Shown here piece after piece: positions 28,067-36,992 of a stretch of DNA of 41,666 nt. The notes beneath the pieces are model-generated. The model was not told where the DNA came from. It did not search any database and worked only from the letters and a program-made list of their open reading frames with translations. This DNA comes from a virus. Its lineage: Duplodnaviria > Caudoviricetes. Within the stretch, counting starts at the first letter, position 1. The number at the start of each line of letters is the position of its first letter. The position numbers and the translations under genes were made by a program. The stretch lies in the IMG/VR virus record IMGVR_UViG_3300043177_000003, positions 1-41,666 of that record; one strand, 5' to 3'.

Positions 28067-29572
28067 TTACAGCCCCGGCAGCGTGGTTGAGAGTTGACCC
28101 GGGAACGGAATCGGGTTCTGGCTGACGATCAGCTCGCTGTAGTCGATGTAGGCGTCTGTCGGATAGTTCGGGTTTTGCTCCCCGGTTGCCGTGTAGATCA
28201 AATTTGACAGCGTCACGGCGTTCCATCCCGTGCCAGAACCCCATGCACCGGATTTTGTGCGCGAACCAAACAGGGCCAGCCCGCCTTCGGTGTCGTCCAG
28301 CGCCGTATCGCACAGCAATCGAGGCGCCGAACCATGATGCGCGGCCCACATTCGCCCTCGATCGTTGGCAAGATCTAGCTCTACCTCAATTACTGTTTTA
28401 CCGCCACGCAGGAAATAGATGCCAGCCACAGCGGCATTGAAATCAGGCACGCCCTGACTGTCCAGAGTTGTCTCTTGGCTTGAAGGACGCGGCGTCGTGT
28501 AATGGAACGGACCGTAACGCTGCTGCCATTGAGCGGCAGTCGTCGGATTCGACGGCGTGCCAAGATCGATCGCATTTTGGTATTGAAAGTCAGGCGAACC
28601 GCTCAAGCCTGTCCCGCTCCTATAGCGTTCCACGCGAGCGGCCGTTTGCGATCCGGTGTGACGATACGCAGTGATGAACCTCGTATTCTGGTCGTTGTTG
28701 ACAACCCATTCGCCCTGTGTTGCAGTACCTGCGTGGTAATCAATGATGAAGAACTTGCTTCCGCCCATCGAGCCATCGCCGAGTCGCCACAGGTAGTTGA
28801 CGTGCGCATCCACCCAGCACGTCACTTGGAAATAGAGCTTGGTCAGGAACGATCCTGCTGGATATTGTCCACTGATCACGTTCTTGTTGCCGTTGAACAT
28901 CACGATCCAGTACTGATTGTCGATCGTGCCTGGGTCGCCGTAGTTGTTCTTGCCGTGCCATAGACGCAACGCCTTGCCCGTGGCTGCATGGCCACTTGTG
29001 GTCACGAGTTCAAACGCATTGGTGAACGTCGAGCCCATCGCTGGAGTTTTGTTGGCACCATATGTGGACTGATCATTGTATGCAGCAGCAGCGTCCGCGA
29101 ACGACGACCAGTTCTGCGCATGGGTCACGCCAGTGCCTGTAGACCGCACTTGCCAGTCGTACTGCGCTGTTGGCACGATTTCAATGACGACGTTGTCCGC
29201 ATTGCTGCCACCGCCACTATGAGTCAGGACACCATCCTGCGACAATGTGACGTTGGCTGTGGACAGCGATGTACCGCCAGACTGCACCATGTCGTAGTTG
29301 GTGGCATTCCATCCGGTGACGTGTTGCGTCAAGTCATACGGCATCTGGGATGTATAGATTGTTGGAACAGTAGTCCAGGATGGTCCTCCAGTTACTGTAA
29401 TTGCATTTGCTGTATTACTATGTGAAACTTGTCCAATTGGAATAATAATAGGACCACTTTCTGAAATTGGACGACTAAAGTTAACTTCTTGGCTTTGTCC
29501 TAAAGAAATAAAGCGGGGCTTATTAGGACGGCCCCGCCCTATTTTCTTTTGAACTGACCATTGATTAAGCAT
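28067..29572 (-). CDS. Fibre/adhesin protein with GQxxE repeat N-terminus and lectin- or lyase-like C-terminal domain
   Basis: The N-terminus shares repeats with the 903-aa protein; the C-terminal beta-sandwich ends YIDYSELIVSQNPIPFP. Confidence 0.6.
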   Translation of the reverse strand: MLNQWSVQKKIGRGRPNKPRFISLGQSQEVNFSRPISESGPIIIPIGQVSHSNTANAITVTGGPSWTTVPTIYTSQMPYDLTQHVTGWNATNYDMVQSGGTSLSTANVTLSQDGVLTHSGGGSNADNVVIEIVPTAQYDWQVRSTGTGVTHAQNWSSFADAAAAYNDQSTYGANKTPAMGSTFTNAFELVTTSGHAATGKALRLWHGKNNYGDPGTIDNQYWIVMFNGNKNVISGQYPAGSFLTKLYFQVTCWVDAHVNYLWRLGDGSMGGSKFFIIDYHAGTATQGEWVVNNDQNTRFITAYRHTGSQTAARVERYRSGTGLSGSPDFQYQNAIDLGTPSNPTTAAQWQQRYGPFHYTTPRPSSQETTLDSQGVPDFNAAVAGIYFLRGGKTVIEVELDLANDRGRMWAAHHGSAPRLLCDTALDDTEGGLALFGSRTKSGAWGSGTGWNAVTLSNLIYTATGEQNPNYPTDAYIDYSELIVSQNPIPFPGQLSTTLPGL

Positions 29573-30033
29573 TATGCGGCCCGATAGAAGCCAGCAGCAG
29601 CGATTTGTGCAGTGATATCAGAACCGTCAGGTGTTACGACGAAATCATGTTTAGTCAATGGGATGAGGTTAGCATCCGTACCTGCCGTAGTGTCTGCATC
29701 ATAACAGACAATCAGAGCACCAACCGCATTACCAGTAGCCGATGTCCATGTAATATCATCCATGTCGATGTCTAACCTGTTATTGGTATCATCAACAGTC
29801 AGAGTGATATTCGCAGCAGCGACAGTCTTACGGCCCATGGTGCTTTGCTCGTTATTAGCTGCAGCTAACAGAGCTTGGACTTCATCATAGTTATTTAGTG
29901 TGTCATCACCTTCCAGACCTGAACTTTCTAGCGGAATGACAATAAGACGTGAGTTTGCCGGTGAGCCATCCTTAACATTCTGGACATATGCACCAACCCG
30001 GCCCTTGGCAATATTAAAAACGAAATCAGCCAT
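29572..30033 (-). CDS. Minor structural protein
   Basis: MADFVFNIAKGR...HDFVVTPDGSDITAQI pattern recalled from phage minor tail proteins; AGGAG RBS. Confidence 0.7.
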   Translation of the reverse strand: MADFVFNIAKGRVGAYVQNVKDGSPANSRLIVIPLESSGLEGDDTLNNYDEVQALLAAANNEQSTMGRKTVAAANITLTVDDTNNRLDIDMDDITWTSATGNAVGALIVCYDADTTAGTDANLIPLTKHDFVVTPDGSDITAQIAAAGFYRAA

Positions 30034-30042
30034 TTATTTCTC

Positions 30043-30435
30043 CTAAGAGGCGTTAATTGTAAGTGTTAAAACTGAGCTTGTTAAAGTAGAAGCTGAGCGT
30101 ATAATCAGTCCAAATACATCTCCAGGTTCTATGTTCTTTTCCCAGTTATTTAATTGGTCATCTGTATTATAGAATTGACCAGATAGATATGGGAAGTTTC
30201 CCCCACAGATTGTATCTGTAAATACCGGGATCTCTCCGTTTCTCTTGATAATGTCTAATTCAATGTTCCCACTCGGGTATCCAGTCAGAGCCCATCTTTT
30301 GATACGTCCGCGATAAGTTGCAGTGTAGAAAGATGTTCCTGATCCTGGAGTTAAAACACTTCCGCCATTATCAAGATTAACCTTGATTTCCTCTATTGGC
30401 TGGACTAACGAGACTCCTCTTCCACCTACAGTCAT
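30043..30435 (-). CDS. Hypothetical structural protein
   Basis: Beta-rich; coupled within the operon. Confidence 0.65.
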   Translation of the reverse strand: MTVGGRGVSLVQPIEEIKVNLDNGGSVLTPGSGTSFYTATYRGRIKRWALTGYPSGNIELDIIKRNGEIPVFTDTICGGNFPYLSGQFYNTDDQLNNWEKNIEPGDVFGLIIRSASTLTSSVLTLTINAS

Positions 30436-30905
30436 ATCATGACACTACGTAGTTTAGCAAGACGTTCTTCCAGTTCCTTCTGTTTCTCTCTCAGAACTGT
30501 TTCATTTGCGGCCAGATCTGCCATTTTCTTAGCACAATCCTTTTCTTTACCTAAAGCCTCGGCGTTCAGTTTCTCTGCTTTTGCAAGCATTTCCTTGGCT
30601 TTTTGATATAGATCGGCGGCTTTTTGATTAGCCTCTTGTGCTTTGGCAAACTCAGCATCTAGAACTGCCTTACTTGCCGCCTCTGCTTTCGCTTGCTCGG
30701 CTTTGATTTGTTCTGCTTGGTTACGAGCAAGTTCCAGTGTTTTTTCAGCTAGAGAACGGATCTCCGCTGCTTTTGAAAGATCTCCAAGTCCCTCGCTGAC
30801 TCGTTTAAGCTCAGCTTGTTTGAACTCCAGTTCTTTCACGGCAGCGGCGTATTTGTCTGGATTCTTAACCAGATCAAGAAACTCACTGACAGATTTGAAG
30901 TCCAT
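30432..30905 (-). CDS. Coiled-coil protein
   Basis: A/E/K-rich heptads. Confidence 0.7.
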   Translation of the reverse strand: MDFKSVSEFLDLVKNPDKYAAAVKELEFKQAELKRVSEGLGDLSKAAEIRSLAEKTLELARNQAEQIKAEQAKAEAASKAVLDAEFAKAQEANQKAADLYQKAKEMLAKAEKLNAEALGKEKDCAKKMADLAANETVLREKQKELEERLAKLRSVMI

Positions 30906-31222
30906 TATTTACGTCCTTGAAGAATAGTTAAAGTTGCAGTTCCACTTGTATAGGTAGATACGTTAAGTCGTATCGCCCTTACTGGGAAAGCATAGTTCCC
31001 ATCCTGATTAGTTGTTTCTGACGCAACAGAGGCATGGGGAAATGCAGTTGGAGTTACTGTGGAATCGAATACATCATCAAACGTATGTTCGACTGTGTAT
31101 GTTAAAGATGCACCTCCAGACAACACTACACCAAAACCAATGTTGAAAGGAGTTTGGTACATATCCACGGGAATCCATGCAGACGCGGCCTGCGAACTAA
31201 CTGTAACAACTTGTGGTTTCAT
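30905..31222 (-). CDS. Small structural protein
   Basis: TYTVEHTFDDV and NYAFPVRAIRLNV motifs; AAGGA RBS. Confidence 0.7.
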   Translation of the reverse strand: MKPQVVTVSSQAASAWIPVDMYQTPFNIGFGVVLSGGASLTYTVEHTFDDVFDSTVTPTAFPHASVASETTNQDGNYAFPVRAIRLNVSTYTSGTATLTILQGRK

Positions 31223-31238
31223 GTACGTTCCTTATGGG

Positions 31239-31259
31239 GGAGGGGCACAAGGCCCCTCC
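31239..31259 (-). other. Intergenic hairpin
   Basis: GGAGGGGC-acaag-GCCCCTCC, without a U-tract. Confidence 0.6.
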
Positions 31260-31261
31260 GA

Positions 31262-31663
31262 TTAGCTAGTTATAGTTTCGCCTGATGGAGCAACAAAGTA
31301 CTGAATGACCACATAGCCAGTACCACCAGCAGTTGAAGAACCAACCGTGTAAGTGGATTTGACTACACTATCCGTAGTAAGCTTTGTTCCAACCGAAGAT
31401 CCTACCGCTGTACCAGCAGCAACATAACCAACTGCTGTCGTAGCCATAGAAAACGCATTCAGGATACCATCAGCATCACTACCGCAAGATACTGTAACAG
31501 TAGCAGCAGCAGTGGAAGCATTGACTTCCTGATTTACATAAACTCCGACAATTACTGCGTCTTTGGGAAGAACGCATTTTTCAGTTGCATTATCCGTGCG
31601 AGCAATGGCAATGATCTTGGTTTGTAGCTCCCGAGGCTTTGGGTATGACAGAGTTACTGGCAT
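31262..31663 (-). CDS. Putative capsid-associated protein
   Basis: Directly after MCP; AAGGAGG RBS; LPKDAVIVGV motif. Confidence 0.65.
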   Translation of the reverse strand: MPVTLSYPKPRELQTKIIAIARTDNATEKCVLPKDAVIVGVYVNQEVNASTAAATVTVSCGSDADGILNAFSMATTAVGYVAAGTAVGSSVGTKLTTDSVVKSTYTVGSSTAGGTGYVVIQYFVAPSGETITS

Positions 31664-31680
31664 AATTCCTCCTTATAGGA

Positions 31681-31696
31681 GGGGGCTTGCGCCCCC
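31681..31696 (-). other. Hairpin after MCP (stabiliser/attenuator)
   Basis: GGGGGC-GCAA-GCCCCC on the - strand, with a GNRA loop and no U-tract. Confidence 0.65.
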
Positions 31697-31703
31697 ACCT
31701 TTA

Positions 31704-32618
31704 TTAAGCACCCGGTGAGCCAAATAGACCGCGAGGATCTGTCCAGCCAAATGAGTAACGAGCCGTTGCCTTGAACTTGGCGTTCTCGGTATCGAAGTCA
31801 TTATCGGTTCCGAACTCATCGCCACGCCGTTCAAAGTACTTCATGCTATGAGGAGCATTGGTACGGATGAACCATGCGTCTTGATCCGTTAGATAGTGGT
31901 TAACAATTACGCCACCACGGAACTTGCCCATTTCTTTCAGAGCATTCGGGTCGTTCAGATCAGTACCTACCCGGCCTTGAGCCTTGAGGATACGATGAGC
32001 TTCAAACTCCAGTTGAACCGGAATAATCAGCTTCTCAGGTACTAGAGAGATCTGTAGACCACGATCGTTCTTCAGAAGAGCGATATCGATACAGGCTTGT
32101 TCTAGCGAAGCTTCTGATAGATCAGAGGCCGTAACCAGTTCATTTGCCCAGGTTCCGCCAGCTACATTCGGGTGATCCGTAGCCAGAAGTTCCTTACCAT
32201 CGCCACCAACATATGCGCTATTGAACGCACGATTGTAGACATTGGCACCAACAATCTCTTTGGTTTGACGCATTGAGAATGCCAGACCTTGAGCACGCCG
32301 CTGACCAACTACATCATACAGATCGTCTTCCATGATCTCGCGGGTAATAACAAACCCGAGAGCGTAGACGACATGCCTGTAGCGAGTCGTAAAGCCTTGC
32401 CGTTCTGTATCGAACGAGATTGGCATACCCTCTGGTTTCTCAATTGCCAGACCAAAGGAGGTTACACCAACATCCTCTTCCCAAGCACGCCGCGAGGTGT
32501 TCTTATCGAAGAGTTTGTCCCATTCAACAGGATATTCATTATAAGCCTTACCATACCAAGCATTTACGCCCGGCCATAGTGCCTTAGCAAAGCTGTTAGT
32601 GTTAATAGGCGTTGTCAT
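31704..32618 (-). CDS. Major capsid protein
   Basis: FAKALWPGVNAWYG, YALGFVITRE..EDDLY, GGDGKEL...HP and ARYSFGWTDPRG..GS.GA motifs; follows scaffold and cement genes. Confidence 0.88.
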   Translation of the reverse strand: MTTPINTNSFAKALWPGVNAWYGKAYNEYPVEWDKLFDKNTSRRAWEEDVGVTSFGLAIEKPEGMPISFDTERQGFTTRYRHVVYALGFVITREIMEDDLYDVVGQRRAQGLAFSMRQTKEIVGANVYNRAFNSAYVGGDGKELLATDHPNVAGGTWANELVTASDLSEASLEQACIDIALLKNDRGLQISLVPEKLIIPVQLEFEAHRILKAQGRVGTDLNDPNALKEMGKFRGGVIVNHYLTDQDAWFIRTNAPHSMKYFERRGDEFGTDNDFDTENAKFKATARYSFGWTDPRGLFGSPGA

Positions 32619-32630
32619 GTTATTCTCCTA

Positions 32631-33224
32631 TTAAACAGCAGCAGTGCTGGTTAGTTGAGTCACATTCCATTTAACAACCCAACGGGAATATGCTTGACCG
32701 CCTGATGCAAGTACATTCTCGTTATCTGGAGTAGCAACGAATTCCATCAGTTTGAATGGAAGAGTTGCAGTTGTTGCATGGGTTGTGGAATCGATTTGCA
32801 TGCCGGAAGCGCCAGTGACAGTTGAACCTGCACCAACAATAATATCGACATTTTGACCCATATCCGTAGTTTCTAGGGGATCAGTATCACCATCCTCTTG
32901 GGCAACTAGCAGAACATTTGGATCATCACATACATATACAATACGCTTAGTAGAAGCACGGCGATATTGTGGAGTATTCAGATCTGCTGGATCTGGTTCA
33001 AAACCAACAACTACACCAACAGATGTATTACCTGCAGCAGATTGAACGACAGTGCGTAGACCCGTTGCAGAGTCGTTAGCACCATCCATCTTAACCAGAT
33101 CGCCTACAAAGACGGCCGTAGGATCCGAAGCCGGAATTACGTACCGAGTGAATGCACCATTGTAAGGCGTACCGTTAAGATAGCGAAGTGGCCGGAAGCC
33201 ATTCACTTTGTTAACATTTGCCAT
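32631..33224 (-). CDS. Putative capsid decoration/cement protein
   Basis: MANV...GFRP, VFVGDLV and VCDDPN motifs, immediately before MCP. Confidence 0.65.
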   Translation of the reverse strand: MANVNKVNGFRPLRYLNGTPYNGAFTRYVIPASDPTAVFVGDLVKMDGANDSATGLRTVVQSAAGNTSVGVVVGFEPDPADLNTPQYRRASTKRIVYVCDDPNVLLVAQEDGDTDPLETTDMGQNVDIIVGAGSTVTGASGMQIDSTTHATTATLPFKLMEFVATPDNENVLASGGQAYSRWVVKWNVTQLTSTAAV

Positions 33225-33255
33225 TTAGAAAACTCCTTAAAGTTCTCCGATGGCT

Positions 33256-33675
33256 TTATGCAGTGTTCTTTGATGAAATAGAAACATTTCCATAAGAGCC
33301 ATCGAGTTTCGGATTTTTCAGGGCTTTCTCGGTCTCATCAACTCGCGCGGCTTTGGCTTTCTGATCCTCATCATACCATTCCCTCTTCTGTCTCATAAGG
33401 ACGGCTTTCTGGCCGCCACCGACAGAGAGTACTTCGCTTGAGCCTTCAGCAGAACCCACATTAACGCGGGCGTCTCCGACTTTGTGTAGTCCTTTCGGAA
33501 CTACCTCGTACCCTGATTCTTTGAATTGTTCGATCCTGTCTCCAGTTCCGTCATAGTCCACAACCCAACGATATTTATAGTTTGGATCTTCATTATGGAC
33601 TTTGAGACGATTTCGTAGCCCCACAGGTTCACGTTTAGGGCGGCCACTTGGCGCTTTGGAAATAGCTTCTTTCAT
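33256..33675 (-). CDS. Head-module hypothetical protein
   Basis: YKYRWV, GYEVV and AVLMRQKREWYDEDQ motifs. Confidence 0.7.
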   Translation of the reverse strand: MKEAISKAPSGRPKREPVGLRNRLKVHNEDPNYKYRWVVDYDGTGDRIEQFKESGYEVVPKGLHKVGDARVNVGSAEGSSEVLSVGGGQKAVLMRQKREWYDEDQKAKAARVDETEKALKNPKLDGSYGNVSISSKNTA

Positions 33676-34412
33676 AGCTTAACTCCCTTGAATCGTTCGG
33701 GTTGAATTTCCACGAACTGTTTTAAGTAATCCTCTTTGGATACACCCGTTGCGACAATAGTGTTCATGACCCTCTGTTCCATCGGAGTCAGAAGTGACTC
33801 TACGTTGACAGAACCATTGCCTTTACGAGACCCGCCACTTTCGGGGTTTGGTGGAACTCGCGTACGTCCGAATTTATCTGGATAAATTTCTTTTATCCTG
33901 GTCTCCACGATAGTGAAGATTTCATCTGGATTATGACCTTCTCGGGCTAGACTTAATCCAATTCCATCGGCTACACTACGCATATTCTTATCTTTAACAT
34001 ACCAGTCATTCTTCTCTACCCAACGAACAAAAGCTTCGTTTTGTGGAACTTCTTCTTTCTTTGGAGGAGAGGACTTGAGATCAGCGATCTGCTCGTCGAT
34101 TTCCACGACTTTAGCATGATCGTCTTCCTCAAGTGCCTTGACTTTCTGGGCTTTTAGGTCCTCGATAGCCCGCTTGTATGCGAGTTCTTCGACCTTCTTA
34201 TTTTGATCGGCAAGGGATTGGAGTGCCCGTTTTAGCTCCTTTAGTTCCCTGCCTTGAGAGTCGATCTTCTCGAATAGAGGTTGGCGGTCCATAAAGTCTT
34301 CTGCAGTACGCCACCGTTTGCCTTCATTCTTGGGATCGGCTTCAAATTGCTCTTTTGGTTGCCATCCTAGTTCAATTGCCTGCTGTTCTACAGAATTTGT
34401 TTCTTCACTCAT
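33672..34412 (-). CDS. Putative scaffolding protein
   Basis: GWQPKEQF...TAEDF, coiled coil and F..WVEKNDWY; start set at MSEETN (ATGA overlap). Confidence 0.7.
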   Translation of the reverse strand: MSEETNSVEQQAIELGWQPKEQFEADPKNEGKRWRTAEDFMDRQPLFEKIDSQGRELKELKRALQSLADQNKKVEELAYKRAIEDLKAQKVKALEEDDHAKVVEIDEQIADLKSSPPKKEEVPQNEAFVRWVEKNDWYVKDKNMRSVADGIGLSLAREGHNPDEIFTIVETRIKEIYPDKFGRTRVPPNPESGGSRKGNGSVNVESLLTPMEQRVMNTIVATGVSKEDYLKQFVEIQPERFKGVKL

Positions 34413-34753
34413 TTTGTTTCCCTGATAATGCAAACGACATCTTCATCGTTTATGACCATATAGGTCTCATGATCGTCCGGATCTACTACAGTCTTTCCGC
34501 TATATTTAGCAAAAGCAACTTTGTCTCCAACCTTGCACCATGGCCTGTCTAGGTTCTGATTACGGTTGAATTCAACGAAAGCACCTGGTCCAATAGAGAT
34601 TACTATACCTTTATCGAAACCTGCCTGCTCTCTTTTCTTCTCGTCAGTATCAGCTATCATGATACCGAGTTTTGCTGCTTTTCTGTATGTAGGATCTGAA
34701 TCCTCTAGTTTTTCTTGTTTGACCACAACTCTGTGACCACACGGGATTAGCAT
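34409..34753 (-). CDS. groES: GroES/Cpn10-like co-chaperonin
   Basis: PCGHRVVVK, GIVISIGPG, KVGDKVAFAKYSG and INDEDVVCII motifs. Confidence 0.85.
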   Translation of the reverse strand: MLIPCGHRVVVKQEKLEDSDPTYRKAAKLGIMIADTDEKKREQAGFDKGIVISIGPGAFVEFNRNQNLDRPWCKVGDKVAFAKYSGKTVVDPDDHETYMVINDEDVVCIIRETK

Positions 34754-34944
34754 TAAAGTTCCTCCACCGATATGTTGATTATGTCTCTATACGCCTTGAT
34801 TGTTCCTGCAATCTCGGCAGCTTTTATAGAGTCACCGGCAACTTCAACCAACTGCTCCAACAAAAGAATTACTCTACTTTTTAGTTCTTTTTCGATGGCT
34901 TCCGTGATTGGGTGGGTTTTCCAGTTTGCGAATTCTTCCCTAAT
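34753..34944 (-). CDS. Small head-module protein (63 aa); inferred ATT start; not in ORF track
   Basis: xREEFANWKTHPITEAIEKEL...AGTIKAYRDIINISVEEL*; AAGGAG 8 nt upstream; TAATG overlap with groES. Confidence 0.7.
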   Translation of the reverse strand: MREEFANWKTHPITEAIEKELKSRVILLLEQLVEVAGDSIKAAEIAGTIKAYRDIINISVEEL

Positions 34945-36992
34945 TTTGCCTGCTCCTTAGCTTGAGACATCTTCTGATCATGCATGGCTTGATTCACCTG
35001 CATTTTATTTTGCGCCTGTGCTACGGCGATTTGGCCCTGGATTTGAGCTACTTGACTGTCCATTTGGGCCTGTTGCATCTTGTTCTGAAGATCCATTTGA
35101 TTCTCTTGGGCCTTCATTGCAAGTTCCATTTCCTTGGTCCGCTGGTCCATAGCCATCTCTTGTTGTTTGGCCATGAGATCCATTTGGGCCTTTTGCTGGT
35201 CAATCTTGGCTTTTTCCTGAACAGCAATAAGTTTTGGATCTGGCGGAGGTTTGACCTGTGGTTGGCCTTGAGCCATACCAGGAATGAGTTTTTCCCAATT
35301 AGGTTGCTCTTGAGCTTCTAGAATCCGAATGGTGACTTGCAATGGATCTATTGTACCTAACTGGAGAAGGGGGACCAACATCATGGCTTTCTGAAGTCTT
35401 TCAGAGGCCGTAGAAGCTGTTGGATCCGCAGCCGGACAGATATCATACGATTCCTCGTTAAAATCATCTGGCCCGATTTGGTCGTCTAGGACGGCGACAT
35501 ATTTACTTTTCTGAAGATATATCTTATTGAGGCGATACATCTTCTTGAATTCTTTTTCGAGAGAACGATAGATCCGCTTGTAAATAGCGGTAAATACCTT
35601 CATTCCCTGTTCGATAGTTTCTTGAGTCGTGGTGGCAGGAGTATTCTGACCGGGGAGTTTGCCAGTAAAGATCTCAGCTACGGAAGCAAGTTCTTTACCT
35701 GACTGTACCAACATACCTAGAAGTTCAAATAAGACCTTGCTAGGTTCTTTAGTTGGGAGAGGGAGGATCTGCTTACGAAGATCGTCACCTACTGCATTAA
35801 CTACCTTCCATTCTCCGGGAGCAAATCCACTTTCCCCCATTTTAATCCGAAGACCTTTACCAATCCACCCACTTTGCAGGTTATTTATGGTCCCTGCATC
35901 GATAAGTTGGTTGACAAGTGTGTTAACGGCTTCGTTTAGAGGACCAAGGAGATTACCAAACCCCATATCCAGGAAAGAACCATTAGGATTAGGGATAAAA
36001 CCAAACTTTGTGTAGTACTGAATCGGATTTATCTCAACAACTTCTTTATCTTCGTTGAGAATGATGTCTTTTTCACTATATCTTGCTGTTATACGAGCAA
36101 CTTTACCAGATTTGTAGTGAAAAGTGACTACATAAGGCTCTTTTATGCCGTCATCATCAAGATCCAGGTATGTATGTTGCTCAATGAACTGATATGGAGT
36201 TGTTTCTTGGACAGCAGGTTCTGTAGTTTTATCTGTAGCCTGCGATAAATTCGTCAGTGGATCAGAGGAGGCAGGAAGATCGTAATCTTTATCAAGAAAA
36301 ATGCCCTTTTTCTTGTTCGCATCCACTGCCCTTGGAGAAAGATACAGGATTTCCGAGATTCTTTCCGCTTCATCAAGGGAATTTGCCCAATAATCTACGA
36401 CTAGATTCTCTACAAAAATCAATTTTGAATGAATTTGTTCCTTAATTGGATCGTAAAACGTCTTTTTATACATGTTTCCGACGATGGCAGTGCTCATTAG
36501 GAGCTTATCCATGTCTTCATCCCAGTATGGCATGTCATATGTCACCTGGAAATTCATGTATGACGAGACTCTTTCTGCCTTTTTACTCTTTTCCCCAGTT
36601 GGATCTTTACCAAAGATCCTGGATTTGACTACTTTGTTGTCTCCAGGAACAAGAGATGGATATGCACGAGCAGAAAACTGCATTGCTGCAGTAGAAATGA
36701 GTGGGTATTTTACGTTGGAGGCATCTTTCCACGGGAAAGTTTTGCCCTCTCTGACCTGAGCGGCGATCTTCAGCCACTCTTCCATCTCACTTTCCCAATC
36801 TTTACGACTCTTCAGATCCTCATCAAAGGCTTTCTTACAATCAGAGCCTATTTTAGTAAGCTCATCCTCGTCGAGATTCTCCGCGATATTGGTTTGCTCG
36901 ATAAGTTCGAGCGCCTTCGCCTGAAGCTCAGTATCCAGTGATTGCGGATCTTCCATCGAAGACGATTCCTGATTGCTGTAATTCAAGTTCAT
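34881..36992 (-). CDS. Portal protein with Gln-rich C-terminal barrel (P22-like)
   Basis: DLKSRKDWE, PWKDASNVKYPL, NQLIDAGT motifs and a Q-rich helical tail; follows TerL; alternative start 36956. Confidence 0.88.
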   Translation of the reverse strand: MNLNYSNQESSSMEDPQSLDTELQAKALELIEQTNIAENLDEDELTKIGSDCKKAFDEDLKSRKDWESEMEEWLKIAAQVREGKTFPWKDASNVKYPLISTAAMQFSARAYPSLVPGDNKVVKSRIFGKDPTGEKSKKAERVSSYMNFQVTYDMPYWDEDMDKLLMSTAIVGNMYKKTFYDPIKEQIHSKLIFVENLVVDYWANSLDEAERISEILYLSPRAVDANKKKGIFLDKDYDLPASSDPLTNLSQATDKTTEPAVQETTPYQFIEQHTYLDLDDDGIKEPYVVTFHYKSGKVARITARYSEKDIILNEDKEVVEINPIQYYTKFGFIPNPNGSFLDMGFGNLLGPLNEAVNTLVNQLIDAGTINNLQSGWIGKGLRIKMGESGFAPGEWKVVNAVGDDLRKQILPLPTKEPSKVLFELLGMLVQSGKELASVAEIFTGKLPGQNTPATTTQETIEQGMKVFTAIYKRIYRSLEKEFKKMYRLNKIYLQKSKYVAVLDDQIGPDDFNEESYDICPAADPTASTASERLQKAMMLVPLLQLGTIDPLQVTIRILEAQEQPNWEKLIPGMAQGQPQVKPPPDPKLIAVQEKAKIDQQKAQMDLMAKQQEMAMDQRTKEMELAMKAQENQMDLQNKMQQAQMDSQVAQIQGQIAVAQAQNKMQVNQAMHDQKMSQAKEQAKLGKNSQTGKPTQSRKPSKKN

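Noticed and set aside
26294-29425. Numerous alternative-frame and antisense ORFs in the GC-rich cassette
   Set aside because: Expected in high-GC DNA; Arg/Cys-rich shadow composition with no coupling.
22982-29572. Diversity-generating retroelement or invertible shufflon acting on fibre genes
   Set aside because: No reverse transcriptase, invertase, adenine-variant TR/VR pair or inverted cassettes seen in the window.
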